From Lama glama (lineage: Eukaryota), in assembly GCA_028534125.1 (NCBI GenBank), contig CM052832.1:14324001-14388000 (forward strand): a stretch of DNA of 64,000 nucleotides. The letters run 5' to 3'. How positions within the stretch are numbered: the first letter of the stretch is position 1; every line of letters begins with the position of its first letter. This document shows, piece after piece, positions 1 through 13,960 of this stretch. The notes beneath the pieces are model-generated. The model was not told where the DNA came from, made no database searches, and saw only the letters and a program-made list of their open reading frames with translations. The translations under genes were made by a program, and so were the position numbers.

Positions 1-123
1 TCCATCCGTTCCCTTCCCCCACGTTCAGTTCAAGGCATGGGACCAAGCCATTCCACTTCTTTACTTCTCCAATGAAAACAAAATGCACATTGCCTGCTTC
101 CTTTTTCCTCTCACCAGAGCACT

Positions 124-220
124 ACACACACACACACACACACACACACCCTGAATCATGCACATGCATGCTCACACTCACACACACACACCCCTGAATC
201 ATGCACATGCACGCTCACAC
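124..220. repeat. (CA)n microsatellite with ~42 bp tandem duplication
   Basis: (CA)n followed by cccctgaatcatgcacatgca(t/c)gctcacac occurs twice (~139-178 and ~181-220). Confidence 0.85.
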
Positions 221-3200
221 GCCCCAGTGAGTGCACACCTCACATTCTCAAACTCACACCCAGGGCTGGCTCCTTTTACAACAGGTCCCAGCTGCTCACA
301 TCTCAAACCGGTTCTCATGCTCTCAGATTCCTCAAGGTTTCAGGAAACAATCTTATTTAGGGGTTGCTGATAATTTTCTTCTTTCTCTGCCTGTAGTAGT
401 TCTGGCCTTGGTGTCTTCTAGTCCTCTCTCTCATTCCACCCTGCAGAGACTCAGGAGATGAGGGGTAAGAAGTGGAAAAGTTCTCCCTTGGCTCTGGGCT
501 CCCCCCCTCCAATCCCTAACATGTCACTGAGAGAAGAGAGGTCAAAGGGATTCCTGAGGAATTTCTAAGCAGTCCACCCCCCTTCTCCACCCTTCTAGAA
601 AAATGAGGGGTGGGAGTCGGGCTTAAAGGGAACTGATTGAGGATCAGGCTCCAAGAGAGGGGGCTGCCTCTCCCTTTCTCTCCCCAGCGTGGCCTGGATG
701 GGCACGGGCACAGCCAGCTGCCCACGGGGCCACCCTCACCCGCTGACATGGTTATGGTTTTCATTTCATATTTTGGAGGGAGGGGTTAAGAGGAACAGTC
801 CCCTCACTGTAAGAGCTGGCCACAGGAGTCCAGGGAAGCAGGGAGGAGAGGAAACAGCCACATTAAAGAGGAAGAGAGGGGTGGGGGAAAGAAAGAGAGA
901 GACACACATACACCCAGACAGAGACCCGGAGAGACGCACCAAGACAGAGAGACACTGTTTACTGCCAGATGAACGCGCTCAGTCCCAGGGATGGTGTTAC
1001 TGGGAAACTCTAAATACATGACTTTATCAAAATTCTATCCCTAATGAGAGGAGAAAACAACCAGGTAAACTAAACTGCCAGGCTGGCTTTCCCTGCCCGC
1101 CCTGGGGACAAGTTTTCCCCAGGAGGCCAGGAGACCTTTTCATTCAGCTGTAACCTGAGCCCTATGCAAGGATTAGGTCTTTTTAACCACTGTTGCACAC
1201 ACACCCCCCCCCAAAGCAAAGCAAATTAATGCTTTTAAGTTAACAATTATCCTGGTTATCCAGTCTGTCTACTTTAAAATACACAGACAGACACTTGAAA
1301 AACACTCAAAACCATGTATCCTCATGCTCACTCATTCCCTGTCACAAAAGCTTACCCACTCACTCATCCACACACAGTTCTCAAAGACATTAAAACATCT
1401 GTACACATGTTTAACAGCTAAGTCACAATAAACACATACACCCAGCTATGTCACCTTTGGGTGACTGTGTGAACCTCTCTGTCACACACACACACACACT
1501 CACACATTCACCTGCATACTCAGGGCTCCCTGCCTTGTCCATCCCCTCCTCTCCATTTCACACCACTTTGTTTCCCCCCTCCCCCCCCACCACCCTGCGA
1601 ATCTCTGGAGAAAAGGGACAGGGACCCAGATATCCCTTGAGGTACAGTAACTCTGTGCAAGATACTTGCCAAGAGTATCTGTATTTTAAAGACCTGCTAG
1701 AGCTTAATTTAGAAGCATGTGGCATTAAAAACACACCTTCTGGCACTGGTGATATCTTGGAGATATGTTTGGGAGCAAGGGATGTACACAGCACCGTCTA
1801 TGGGTAAGGCTGCCTTGCTCGGTCAGTACTTGTCCTTCCTGCAACATTGGCCTGCAGATTTGGGACCAGAGTCATCCCTCTAACCTAGCAAACCTGTTGT
1901 CAGACAATCTCCAGCAGACCAGGTTGATAAATTTCCTGATTAGTGGGGTTTAAAGGTAGCTGAAATGACAGGCTTGGAATCTATGCTGAGTTAAGACCAA
2001 AGCTAATTTCAGCCCAGTCAGAGCAAGTGTGGCCCAAATGTGAGATAAACGGTGGATAAAACTATAGTCTATAAGTTCCTTGAGGGCAGGGGCCTCCACT
2101 CTGGCTGTATTTCCCACAGCACCAGCAGGATGAAATGAAAGAGGGAGTCCCTGAAGTGCCTTGAAGAGATTCTGAGTCCTTCTGTTGCTGAAGGATAGGC
2201 TGATCCCCCAGGCTTGAAAGCCTTGGCTTGATGGCACCTGTCTCTTCTAGGAGTCTCCATCTGCTCCAAGAACCCCTTTAAATATACTGTGTGCTCCCCC
2301 TTATGCCCTCAGTATTAGAAGGCCACTGCAGACACTGGCTCCAACTTGAAAGGGGCCCTTATCTTGTCTCTAGATTACTACATGAAATCTGTTCCTTCCT
2401 TCAGACTAAACTCCCTAGCTAATTCCATGTTATGAGTAAGTCAGAATGTACTACAAAAGCCAGCTTTGTTTATGAAAACACAAGCAAATCCACAGTGGGA
2501 GAGGGGCTGCTCCCAGGCTGGGGGTGGCAGTGGTAGCGGGCTGTCTGGAACCAGGACTAGAGAAAAGGGAGTTTGGAAGGGGTGGGGGTGGGCTCTGATA
2601 TTTGACAGCCAAGGGTCTCTAGTGTTTTGGTTCTGTTAAAGGACAAGTTTGAGAGGGAGGGAGTAGTTGAAGAGGCAGTGTTTGGGGAGAAGAGGATGGC
2701 ACTGATAATAGCACCTTCCTTTAAGAGAATGCGAGCCTATCCAGGGCACGGAGCAGCTTAAGAGTCAAGAGCTCAGGCCCTGGGACACAGCGACCTGACT
2801 GCCAGAGACTCAGGTTTCCCCAGCTCCCAAGTTCAACTTTCAGTTCTGGCCCAGTCACCTCCACACCCCAACTTGGCTTCAAGAGCCCCCAGGACAATAG
2901 GCAGAATCATATTCTCCTGGGCAAAGCTTTGCCAGGAGGAATTTTCTTTTTGTCCATATAAATCTCTTCCTGGGTGAGGACACGATGGGGGAAGGGTACA
3001 GCAGAAGGTCAAGGGGGAGGGGAGGCTGTCCCCAAGAGAACTGTAGCCCACCAGCCTAGTTTCTGCCAGCACAGCCTTGGGACTGGCCAGGCAGTGAGCC
3101 TGGGGTCAGGGGTAGGGGCAGGAGGGCCTCCGCCTCTCTCTCTAATTCCTAGAGGGATCTGTCAGAGCTCCCCAGCCTGGAATTTTACTTTGTTATTTTA

Positions 3201-3840
3201 ATGCAATTCTGACCTGGATTTAAATGGAATTGGAAACCCGAGGCTTTAATAAATAAATATTATGATAAGAAATGAAAGCCATGCAAGACGAAAGAGATTT
3301 CCCCCTAAAGAGGCAGGAACGGGACATTCTTGCCGAGACCAGCGTCAAAGAAATTTTCTTCTCTTCTTCAGCCCCCTACCATTCAGTGAGAAACGAGCTG
3401 GTTTTCTGGTTTTCTATAGAAGACCCTATTTTTCTTGACCATTTTCCTTCTGATAAGACAAGAACTTCGAAATTTCTGTCTAACTCTGAGGAGGTTTGGG
3501 GGTGAGGGGAAGAAATATATGGCATGGCTGAAAAAGTTTTCATTCTTTCAGTCTCTCCAGGCCAGAACTTAACTTTCTGGCAACGTTTGAGAGAAGGGAA
3601 GATTCTCTCTCGTACTTTTGGAGGACAAGAAGTCTTTCGAAGATGCTGGGGTGGCAGTGAAGTCTGGCAGAATTCTGATATGCGTGGTCACTTCTGTCTA
3701 GGACCTCCCAAACTTCCCACTCATCCATGCGGCGCCTGGCCCGTCCAGCCTTTCGCCTGGGGCGCAGCGCCCAGAGGTCAGGTCCCCAGCCGTGGAGTGC
3801 GGGTACACAGTGCCAGGTCCTGACAGCAGCACGCTTCTCA

Positions 3841-4242
<402 letters not shown>

Positions 4243-4446
4243 CTAGGCTGGGGGCGCCCGGCGCCGCTGACGGAGGGGAACCCCCGCCCTCTCCAAGCCC
4301 GGCTCCGCTAGCGGCGGCGGCGGGGCTGCTCCGTATAATCCCACCCAATTCCCAGCTTCGCCGGGAGAGAGCTGCAGCCGGAGAGCGCGCAGAGCCCGAG
4401 CGAGGGACCTGAGAAAGGGGAGGGGAAACGCGGAGCCAGAAACACG

Positions 4447-4623
4447 CCCTTTCTGCCTCTTTCTTCTTCTCTCGCTCTTTCTCCGTCTCTCAGGCTCCGT
4501 CTCTTTTTCTTCTCCTTTCTCCTCCTCTTTCTCCTCCTCTCCTCGTCCTTTTCGTTTTCTTCCTCCTCCCCCAACCTCCTCCTCCAGCACCACCACCTCC
4601 TTTTTCGTGCCCTTTTTTCTTTC
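4447..4623. repeat. Polypyrimidine/polypurine (CT-rich) low-complexity tract
   Basis: ~175 bp almost entirely C/T on + strand (tcttctt, ctcctcct units). Confidence 0.85.
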
Positions 4624-5984
4624 AAATGGGGCCTCGGCGCGGCGGCCGCTCCCCCTGTGCGCCCGGGCGCGGCGGCCCCCTCCCCAGGCTGCCGGGCCGC
4701 TGCCTGCAGGAATTTACAATCCGGCGCTGGGGGAGCGGGCCCGGTCTCCATGGAGACGGCTTCCCCGGGAGCAAGGAGGTCAGGCGCAAACCGCGCACAA
4801 TCAATGGATCAATGCAAGCCCCGCTCCGCTCCAGACCAAACAGCACCCGGCTTCGGCTCGTCCTAGAGAGGAGAGCCTGGAGGAAAGAGTTGGGGAGCTA
4901 GGGTGCGCCCCCGCGCTCGCACGCGAAGAGGGCCGTGTGCGACGCAGGTTTGCACGCAGGTTTACGAGAGGAGACAAAGAGAGCGAAGGGTGTCGGGGAG
5001 GCCGGGGAGGACCGGATCGCACGGGCACTCAGGCATGCCCGCCGCCACGGCCCGATACGCGGGACACAGCCACACAGGACCTCGAAAAACTGAGAGCGGC
5101 TCCGACAACGGGCCGAGTTACACCCTCCCAGCTCTTACACAGTCCCCCCACCCCATTCCCCTCTCTGGACTCAATCTTCATTTCTAGTGCTGAGTACACT
5201 TTAATTGAAGACCAAGAAGAAAGTATCCTTCCCTCAGCTGAAACTGCCAGCTCCAGGGCAGACTCCCTTGCAGTTAAGGCGTTGGAGATAGCTCACTGAG
5301 CACCCTATCCCTATAGACCTGAGCTCATGTATAAAACTCTCATGCGCTCAACACATGAGCAAAAGCTAACCCATAGAAACCTGCCTATGTGTATGAACAC
5401 AAAGACCCAAAGGTAAGCACGACATTCTCCTCCAAACCTGACCTCCCACCTTCAAGATGTGGTCCTGACCAGAACATTGTTAAGCCTTCATCCTTCCAAC
5501 TTGCACGGGCAGAAAAGGAAAGATACATGGTATTTTTAAAACTAAGGGCAACGTTTGCCAAAGAGCAGTGTCCCTGAACCATGGACAATGCCTCCTGGTG
5601 CATTTACCAGCTCTGCACCTTCTTTCTTTACATCCCAGGGGAAAGAGGAAAGCTCCTCTTGGTAGGAGCTTTGGAGTATGGAGCTTTGGTCAGAATGAGA
5701 CTGCCAGGCCCTGGGCAGTTACTTATTCTTCAGAGCAAATCTTCTGCGGGGAAAAGACCGTTCGAACCTAGACTAACCTCACAGAGCCCTCAGGGTACCA
5801 AGGAGGAAGGGACAATGACCAGTATCTCCCTGAAAATAACTCAGTTCTTAGACCCTTGACACTAGCAGCCCACATCAGCTAGTGGACTTTGTCAAAGGCT
5901 TCCTTAACCCCTAGGGAGAAGAACTGAGCCCTTCTTTCCCTAGGGATTGAGTGGAAAAGTAGGAGGATGCAAACAGATTCAGGT

Positions 5985-6090
5985 ATTTGGGTTTCTTGTC
6001 CGCACTCTACCCTGGGATGACGATTACCTTTGGGCAAGTCACACCTTAATGGGCCTCAGTTTCCTCATCTAGAAAATAAGAGGGTGGGTT
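5985..6090 (+). mobile_element. MIR SINE fragment
   Basis: MIR core tgggcaagtcac...gggcctcagtttcctcatct. Confidence 0.65.
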
Positions 6091-7312
6091 AGCTCAGTGG
6101 TGGGAAGGAGACAGTGCCCTTAGGAAGCCTGGGGAAGGAGAGTTTGAGAACCTCTGCATGACATGAAAGATGATGGTTGGGATGGGGGCACTTGGATCAT
6201 GGAAATGGTGTGGAGGCCATGAAAGTTTGGGTCAGGTGATCTCTGAGGTCCCTTTCAGTCCTGTCACTCTAGGATCCCTCCCTCCTTCATTCCATTTGTA
6301 AACCTCTCCCCTTGAAGCAGCTTTGCCTGCTGCCACCTATTATGTGTAGGGCTGGAGGACAAGTGCAAACACGCCATCCTCTCTGCCCCAAACAGGAGAG
6401 TGGTTTAAAAAGAAAAAAAGAAAAACAATTGGAGGTTGCCAGACAGTACCTGATCTACATGGGGGCACAGAGGGCTGATTAGCCCCCCAAGGCAGGGAAG
6501 GGAGATTGCACAGTCCTTGCTTTGTCTCTGCCTTGCTTTGGACACTGGTGTAAGCTCCTCTGGGTCCGGAGGGAGGAGGGCTCCAGCCCACCGTCTAAAC
6601 CACAGGTGAGGTGGTCATGTAGGAGATTCTGTATGGGCAGATTAATAGGTTATCTCAGACCTTCTCTCCAAGTCAGCATGATTTCCTCTGAGTATGGACA
6701 GTGCCTGACTTGGGAGGGAGAATGGGTTGCCCCATCTTAACTACTATATCTCTGGGAGGCTCAGTGTCTTTTACTCTAGTTTCTTTCTTCTTATTATTAT
6801 TTTTTTTCATTTTCTTCTGTTCATTTCCTCTGCTTCTCTAGGAAGGTGAGCTTTCTCTACATCTGGGCAGAAGATGCAGTTCCCTGCCCTGCTCCCCTCA
6901 TCCAATCTAGTTCCACCCATCCCTGGCCGTTCAGGGAATTCTATAGGAGCAGAAACAGGTCTTATATCACCAGGGTATTGTGCACTGGGGTGCTGGTCAC
7001 ATTGTCCTCTGCCCTGTCCACTTCTGCAGGGACTCACAACTGAAAAATGACTCAGAAAGACGACAAGGAAGGAATAATGAGGTGGCACTTGCAAGTGCTA
7101 CTACAAAAGCAGCAGCATATGCCTTACCCTAACCGGCAGGGGCAAAATGTTCCTGGGTTCTCTGGGCCTCCCACACTCACCTCTCAGGCTGCAGTTTGCT
7201 TTTAGACTTTACTTTCCTTCAGGGATACCTCTGACATTCATTTCATTCTAATTTCTCCTGCGAATGTCTAGGGAGAAGATGGGGCTGGGGGACCCATAGC
7301 TGATATATCTTG

Positions 7313-7492
7313 TTTTTTTTTTTTCAAATATTTTATTTATTTATTATAGTATTATTCATTTTATTTTCACAGGGTGGGGTGTGTGGGGAGATAATTAGAT
7401 TTATTTATTTTTAGAGGAGGTACTGGGGATTGAACCCAGGACCTTATGCATGCTAAGCATGTATTCTACCACTTGAGCTATACCCTCTCCCT
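7313..7492 (-). mobile_element. Vic-1-type tRNA-Ala-derived SINE, full length
   Basis: Minus strand: gggagagggtatagctcaagtggtaga...ttagcatgcat...ggttcaatccccagtacctcc plus A-rich tail; 12 bp TSD tgatatatcttg at 7301-7312 and 7493-7504. Confidence 0.9.
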
Positions 7493-7689
7493 TGATATAT
7501 CTTGGTTCTGATCCTGCATCTAAGGATACTTCTGCCAGAGCACTGCCGCATTCAGGGAATTCACCTCCCCTGGCAGGTCTCCTTCCATGAGCCTTTGCTT
7601 TTTGTCTCTGCTCCTCAGCTTCCCCATCTCTAAAATAAGTCCAGTGACTATCTAGTAGTAGTAATGGAGAACAGGTACACCTTGAAACT

Positions 7690-8050
7690 AGACTACTCCA
7701 AGGTCAGTGTTGGGCCCAGCATTTCCCAGCCATCTATCTATTTTGGGTGAGTTATTTCATCTCTCTTGAGCTTTAGCCTCCTCATGTAGAATAAAGAAAG
7801 GTGTGCTCATACAACCTCATAGGTGAGGTGGACATCACTGTCTAACTCTAGGGACTCTAGAGTAAAATAAACCTGCAGTTTGTATTTCAGCTGTCTGACC
7901 CAGGTCAGTTACTCGATCTCAGTAAGCTTTATTTTTCTCTTCTGTCAAAGGGAATAAAAACACCTGACTCATAGGGTCATGGTGTTAAATTAAATGAGAT
8001 CATGAATGGAAAACCCTTGGCACATAGTAGACATTCAATAGGTGGTGGCT
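7690..8050 (+). mobile_element. Two adjacent MIR fragments
   Basis: MIR-like cores (gagttatttcatctctc..cctcctcatgtagaa; taaattaaatgagatcatg...ggcacatagtag). Confidence 0.55.
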
Positions 8051-10689
8051 ATTGTTGTTTTTTCTACCACTTTTCAGAAGAAACAAAGGCCACAAGTATT
8101 GGATAGCAAAGGTGTAGTAGTGCCTGGGAAGGAACAGTCTTGTCCCAGACCAGACTTTAATGCAGCTGGGTGTGAGTGCAGCCAGCTAGTCTTGATTCTC
8201 ACCACCCTCCATAGGTTCCTGTCTGTCACACAATCCTACTGAGAAGGTTCCCAAAATGCCATGCGTTCAAGCACACTGTCCTTGTCAGCAGCACTTCCAA
8301 ATGGGAAAGCAGAAGGCCACAGACCTACCTGGTAGGGTAGCTCTGGAATCCCTCTATCCCTACCACCTTGCACCTCCTCCCCTGCCTGAAGAAGGCACAG
8401 ACACTCTGAGACACACATCAGAGTGCACAACTACCATCTACTCAGTGCTCTTCTCTGTTCCAGGCACTGTCCCAGGCCCTCCACCATAAGCCTAGCAGGC
8501 AAGAATTGTTAGCCTCATTCTGTTGATGGGAAAACAGGCTAAAGTAGGTCAACCTGCCTGGATGACCGACTAAGAAGAGGCAAAGCCAGGACTCGGGGCC
8601 CAGGCCTGACTCTGAAATATATATGCCTCCTCTGTCCTCCGTTCTGCCTCCTCTGAATCCACATTATTGCTACTATTACAGTTGAATGATTTGGAGCAGA
8701 CCAGCCCCAAATGATGTGAGGGTCACAGACCAGCCCCTTCACATACAAGAGATAGTAGGGCAGTACCCTTGCTCGGGAGGCTCATACAGGAGTAGAATTT
8801 CAGAGGACTTTAGCCATCACCTTTGATGACAAGAGGTCAAGAGACTGCCCTCAGTCATGCAACATATTTAAGAGACAAAGCTCAAAGCAGAATCCATGTC
8901 TCCCCTGACTTCTGACTCCTGGATCAGTGCTCCTTAGCCTGTACCCCGAGCTGCCAGTCCTCCTCTTCCAGTTCTCTTTTCCTGATGATTTGATCAGTTA
9001 GGAATCCTATCAAGTGGCATATGGTACTTACCTCATATCCTTCTCCCAACATACTGTCATAGGCCCTCTAGAGTGTACAAAAGAAATAGAAAATGTGGTC
9101 CCTGATCAAAGAGGTATAGCAGCACCAGTATATGATTCCAGAGCCGTTCGCATCACAAGGCAAATCCCCCAAATGCCCTGAGTCTTACTAGGAAGGCAAG
9201 ATTTGTATATGCAAAACAGTATCCGAATGCAACATCAAACGATTTAGACAGAGAGAGTGAGAGAAAGTCAGAGGAAACAAAAGTTGATCATCCAAGAAGA
9301 CTCTGTGGACATTAGGAGGGATTTGAGCTGAATCTTGATGACACTTAAAAAGAAAGAGACGGACAAGATAGAAATATAAACAAAAATCTGATTGATGGAA
9401 AGAGAGAGAGGGAAAAGAACAATAAAAGAAATAGAAGAAAGGAGTGGGGAGGATCATACTAGGTCCACTGACCGGGTTGACCCTGGTCAGTCCTTGTTTC
9501 CCACCTGTCCAGGATGGCTGAGGAGCAGGTTGGCCATATAAGCAGAAGATTGTAAGTAACACTCTCTCTCAAAGTCTGTTCTGGCCTTGGGATTCTGGGA
9601 GTACCTTGTTCCAGGGCCCTTGGTTTTGTCTTTATGGAAAGGTCCACTGGCAGTCCTGCCAGGGCTTGGTGGACTAGGGGTGTAGCCTGGTCTGAGCTGC
9701 CCACACCTGTTTCAGCCTCTCTACTTGGGCAGCCCTCTTGGCCCCTCATCCCAGTGTCCTCCCAGCCCTTCCTCCCTGCCCACCCCCACATCTGAATCAC
9801 TTTGCCACCTGCTTCCTCCCCACCTGCTCCCTGGCTCCTTCCATAAAGGAAACAAAAATCTCCAACCTGCCAATTGGCATCAACACTGATGTGTGATTCC
9901 AGACTTCACATCACAAGGCAAGTCTCCAAACTGCCCTGAGCCTTTGCTCTGTCCCTTTCTACACAGCTGCTCTTCCAAACTTCAGATTCCCTTCTGCCAA
10001 CCTCAGCCCCCTTAATTCTTCAATGAGCGCTCTGAACTCCTGTTTCATTGAGAAGCCAGAAGCGACCTGGCATGAGCTGTCTATCTCCCACCCACCCTCA
10101 CCGTCTCCCTCCACTGCTGGGAAAAGGGTCCCTCCTTTTACCAAGGCCAATCCCACATCCATGTGCAGGGATCCCCTTTCCTCTTGCCCCTACAGGGAGC
10201 TGGTGCTGTCAGTTATCCCCTCCCTCTCCGGAATCTCTCACTGCAGCTCTTTCTCCTACAAACACAGTGTAACCTGTGGCATCCCACAGTAGCGACAACA
10301 AACCTCCAGACCCTGCTGCCTCTTGTCCTTCCAGTCTCCAGAGCTTCTAGGAGGAGGACTCCTGCTCTCCGTCTCCACTTCACTGCTTCTTGAACTCCTC
10401 ACCCTTGTGCAGTCCAGCCCAGGCCCACTACCACCCCTCTGTTAGGTCTCCACTGACTTCCACATCTCCATGTCTGGGGCTGCCTGCCAGCCCTTATCTA
10501 GCCTGGCCTCCCTGCATTATCAGAAGCCTCTGAACATTTTCCTGTCCCTTCTTGGAGTGTTTTCTTTTCCTCTATACCCTGCTGGCCACTCCCCCTCCAC
10601 TGGCCTCTTAATGGCTTCTAGCTTGGCTTTTTTCACTTCTCATACGTGACCTCCCCAGGGACTCTAACCCGGGGACAGCAAGGGTGGAG

Positions 10690-10885
10690 GAAAGAATATC
10701 TGCTTTGTGGTCAGATGATTCTAAGTTTAAATCCCAGCCCCAACAATGGGTGCATTTGAGCAAATTTCTTAACCTCTCTGAGCTTCAAATTCCTCATCTA
10801 GAAAATGGGAGGATAAAATTCTGAACTTGCAGGTTGTGGGAGGATTACTGATAAGTCGTGTGGAAGTTCCAGCACAAAGTTAGTG
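10690..10885 (+). mobile_element. MIR SINE
   Basis: ttgagcaaatttcttaacctctctgagcttcaaattcctcatctagaaaatggg. Confidence 0.7.
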
Positions 10886-10899
10886 GTCAGTTTGCCCCA

Positions 10900-11822
10900 T
10901 ATTGTGGAGCCTCATGGCTCCAGCTACCACCAGTGTGCTGGTGACACCCAAATCTGTGCCTCAGCCCCCACTTTTCTTCTAGCTCTGATTCTATATGTCC
11001 AATTTCAGATCTATATCTCCAGCTCCCTCCTCTCTTGTCTAACTAGTCCTATATTTTTGCCTACTTATAGATATTTCCATTGGTATTTGTCAAAATCACA
11101 AGCTGAACCAATCCTGAACCAAATTCACTGCTCCTCTCAGCACTCCCCGCCGACCTGTCCTTTTCCTGATCTCTGTCTCGGGGTTAATGGCTTCATAACC
11201 CACTCAGCAGTCTCATCTGGATTTCTCAGAGTCTGAGAAGACTCTCTCCTCCTCCCTCATCTAACAGACCACTAGATCCTGACGGTGGAGCTTCTGAAAC
11301 CTCCCTCAATTCCATCTCTCCTCTCCACCCCTATGGCCACTGCCTCAGTTCAGGTACTCAGTGTGTCTCTGTGGACCACTGTCTGATAGGGTTAAATTCC
11401 AGCTCCTTAATGTGACATCCATGGCCCTCTGTGCCTGTCCTGACCCCTTCTCTCCAGTGACATTTCATGTTTCTCTTCTGATATCACCATCAGTATAATC
11501 AAGCCACACCATGCCTGGCACATACCATGTTCTTGCCAGATGGAAAACCACTACTACCCTTCAAGATCCAGCTTAAATGTACCTTGTTTATGAAGTCTTC
11601 TTACTGCCCCAGCAGGCTTGGAGCTCAGTGGTCCTTGAAACCTACCCCCATGATGGCCCTAATCATGCTGTTCTGTAATGGTCTGTTTCCCTTTACTAGT
11701 CTGTCAAACCTTTGAGGGGAAGACCCATATTGGTCACCACTGTATCCTCAGCCCCAAATGTATGTCTGGCAATAATTGTGCTCAATGAATACTTGCTGAA
11801 TGGATGAAAGAATGAAGGAATG
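10900..11822 (+). mobile_element. L2 LINE 3' fragment(s)
   Basis: Pyrimidine-rich L2 body (cccttcaagatccagcttaaatgt) ending in ctcaatgaatacttgctgaatggatgaa, a typical L2 3' end. Confidence 0.7.
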
Positions 11823-13429
11823 GTGAGCTCATGGGAATCCCAAGGAGAGGTAGAACATCTCCTGACCTGCCTCTCTGCCTCCCACTAGCCTGAGAATGCT
11901 TTGGGTTGCCTAAAGGACTGGTATCAGTAGAGGGTATTAAATGGAGGAGCAGTGTGGAAACGCCAAGATGAAGAGAGACCACAGAGATGCAGGGGACCCA
12001 GGAGGGGACTCTTCTGGACAGAGACTCTGAGATTCTGGAAGACAAAGAAGCAGAATTGGAACCTTCCAAGCTGGAGCTCAAGATCTCCCTAAAGGTTTGC
12101 GGAACTGGATGATGGCAGTTTGGATAAAGCAACCAGAGGGAAGAAACTGGGGAGAAAATTGGTAATCAGAGACCTGGGACCAAGGTGGATGGGGTGGGGT
12201 CCACAGGCAGTTTCCTCATCTGAACCTTGAGGAAGCAGACTCAGGAGGCAGAACCCTCATCATCTCTACCCCTTCATCAAAGATCTTTCACACTGATGCT
12301 TAAAATCCCATCATTAAAGGATAGGTCCTTTGAGCTAAACTTGTGTTCCTTGGGTCCCAGATACAAATATCCCTGTGAGAGAGGGTGGCAGGATTAAGCC
12401 TTTGCCAGTTAAAATGTTAGTTATCAGTTGAAACCATAACAAAGATGTGGCAAAGGAGGGCCTATAGGGACACTCATAAGGAACTTCCCAACTTTGCTGA
12501 GAGCTGGTTTGGCTTTGCTCCTCCTGCCCTGTTTCCCTATGGCTCTCCTCCCCCAGATTCCCATTGGGTTCCCTCCCCAGAACAGAAGATGGAGAGCTGG
12601 AGGAGGACCTTTCTGTCTAACAGTATAATTCCTATTGGTAACCTGGTTTAAAGAAAGGATGGGTGGAGATTCTGAGGCAAAGTCCAAGGTATTAATGAAC
12701 CAATTCATAAAGCGAATTGCTGTAAACCAAAACTCAGTTCCCCCAATAGCTTCTATTATAGTTTCCAAAAAGGGTTCTTATAGGACTGAGAATTCTTTTA
12801 GAAGCTGAAAACCTGTAGCTTGGAAGGGGTTGTGTGCTTATGCTGAGTGTTGATACCCTTAGAAAAGTTTGCCTCCCTTGTTTGGCAAGAGGCTCTCCCC
12901 TCTTCATGCCACCACTTCTCCTCTGTCTTAGGTGGAGAGCTGTCCTAGGCATCATGCCAGGCTGGCTCGGCAAAAGTTAAGGGGCATCACAGCCAGGCTG
13001 AGATTTCTCACTGTCTCGACCTTGTCCTGCAAAAATCAGTTGGCATGAAGCTTCAGTGCACTGGAGGAAAACAAGTCATGAGCCTGACTCAGGCCTAAGA
13101 GCTACTGAGGAGAGAGAGAGACTCATTCTAGTCCTCTTCTGCCCTCACCCGCCCCTCCACGCCCTGGTCCAGTCCTGTTGGTAGAAATTCGGTTGCTTCT
13201 CTTTGGCCCACACGAGCTGTAATGTTCCTTTTCACCAGTAGGTGCCGCCGTCTAACATACCATCCTCCAGCCCTTGGTGAAGTCCTGAAATCAGACCTTG
13301 GGGAGCCTACTCAAGGAACCCAGTGCCTCAGACAAATTTACAAATGAAATTTTACAAATGAGATACTCCCACATCGGTGGAATTAATTGTATGTGGGTTT
13401 CTTTATAACTACAGACTCAGTTTTTAATG

Positions 13430-13960
13430 AGTTTGACATTCATTGTGCACTATGTGCTGGGAACTTAAAGGATACGGGAATTCAAAGATGACATTGTTTC
13501 TCTTTTCAAATTCATAATTAGGTAGGAGAGAGAAATTTGCATCTAAATAATTAGAATATAAGGCAGAATGTGGTAAATGCCCAAATACAGAGGTGCCAGC
13601 GTCAAATTCTAATTAGGGCATAAAAGAGATAGATTAATTTCAGCTGGAAGCCTGGGGAAGGCTCGGAAGAGGAGAGTTTAAAGATGACCTCAAAGAATAC
13701 ATACAATTCCCATACATGGAGTTGGGTGGAGAGGGTGAGGGCTTTCCAAGTGGTGGAAGTGAGGTGAGCAAGGACTTAGAGGGGGAAATGTCTGCTGGGA
13801 ATTAATAACGTGCTTTGACCAGAGATGAGTACTTAAGGTGGTGGTGGGAGATCTGAAAGGTGGGATGGGCCAGATGAAGAGCCTGTATCCACCTGATGCT
13901 AAGGGGTTGACGTTGTTACATGGGCTCCAGGACCCTGACGACTTTGAAGCAGGACAGCGG
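13430..13960 (-). mobile_element. L2 LINE fragment
   Basis: cattcatt..gcactatgtgctggg start and purine-rich antisense L2-like body. Confidence 0.5.

Noticed and set aside
7313..7492. tRNA-Ala gene calls for SINE heads (also ~27570-27633 and ~51465-51541)
   Set aside because: They carry SINE tails, decay and (for two of them) clear TSDs; not functional tRNA genes.
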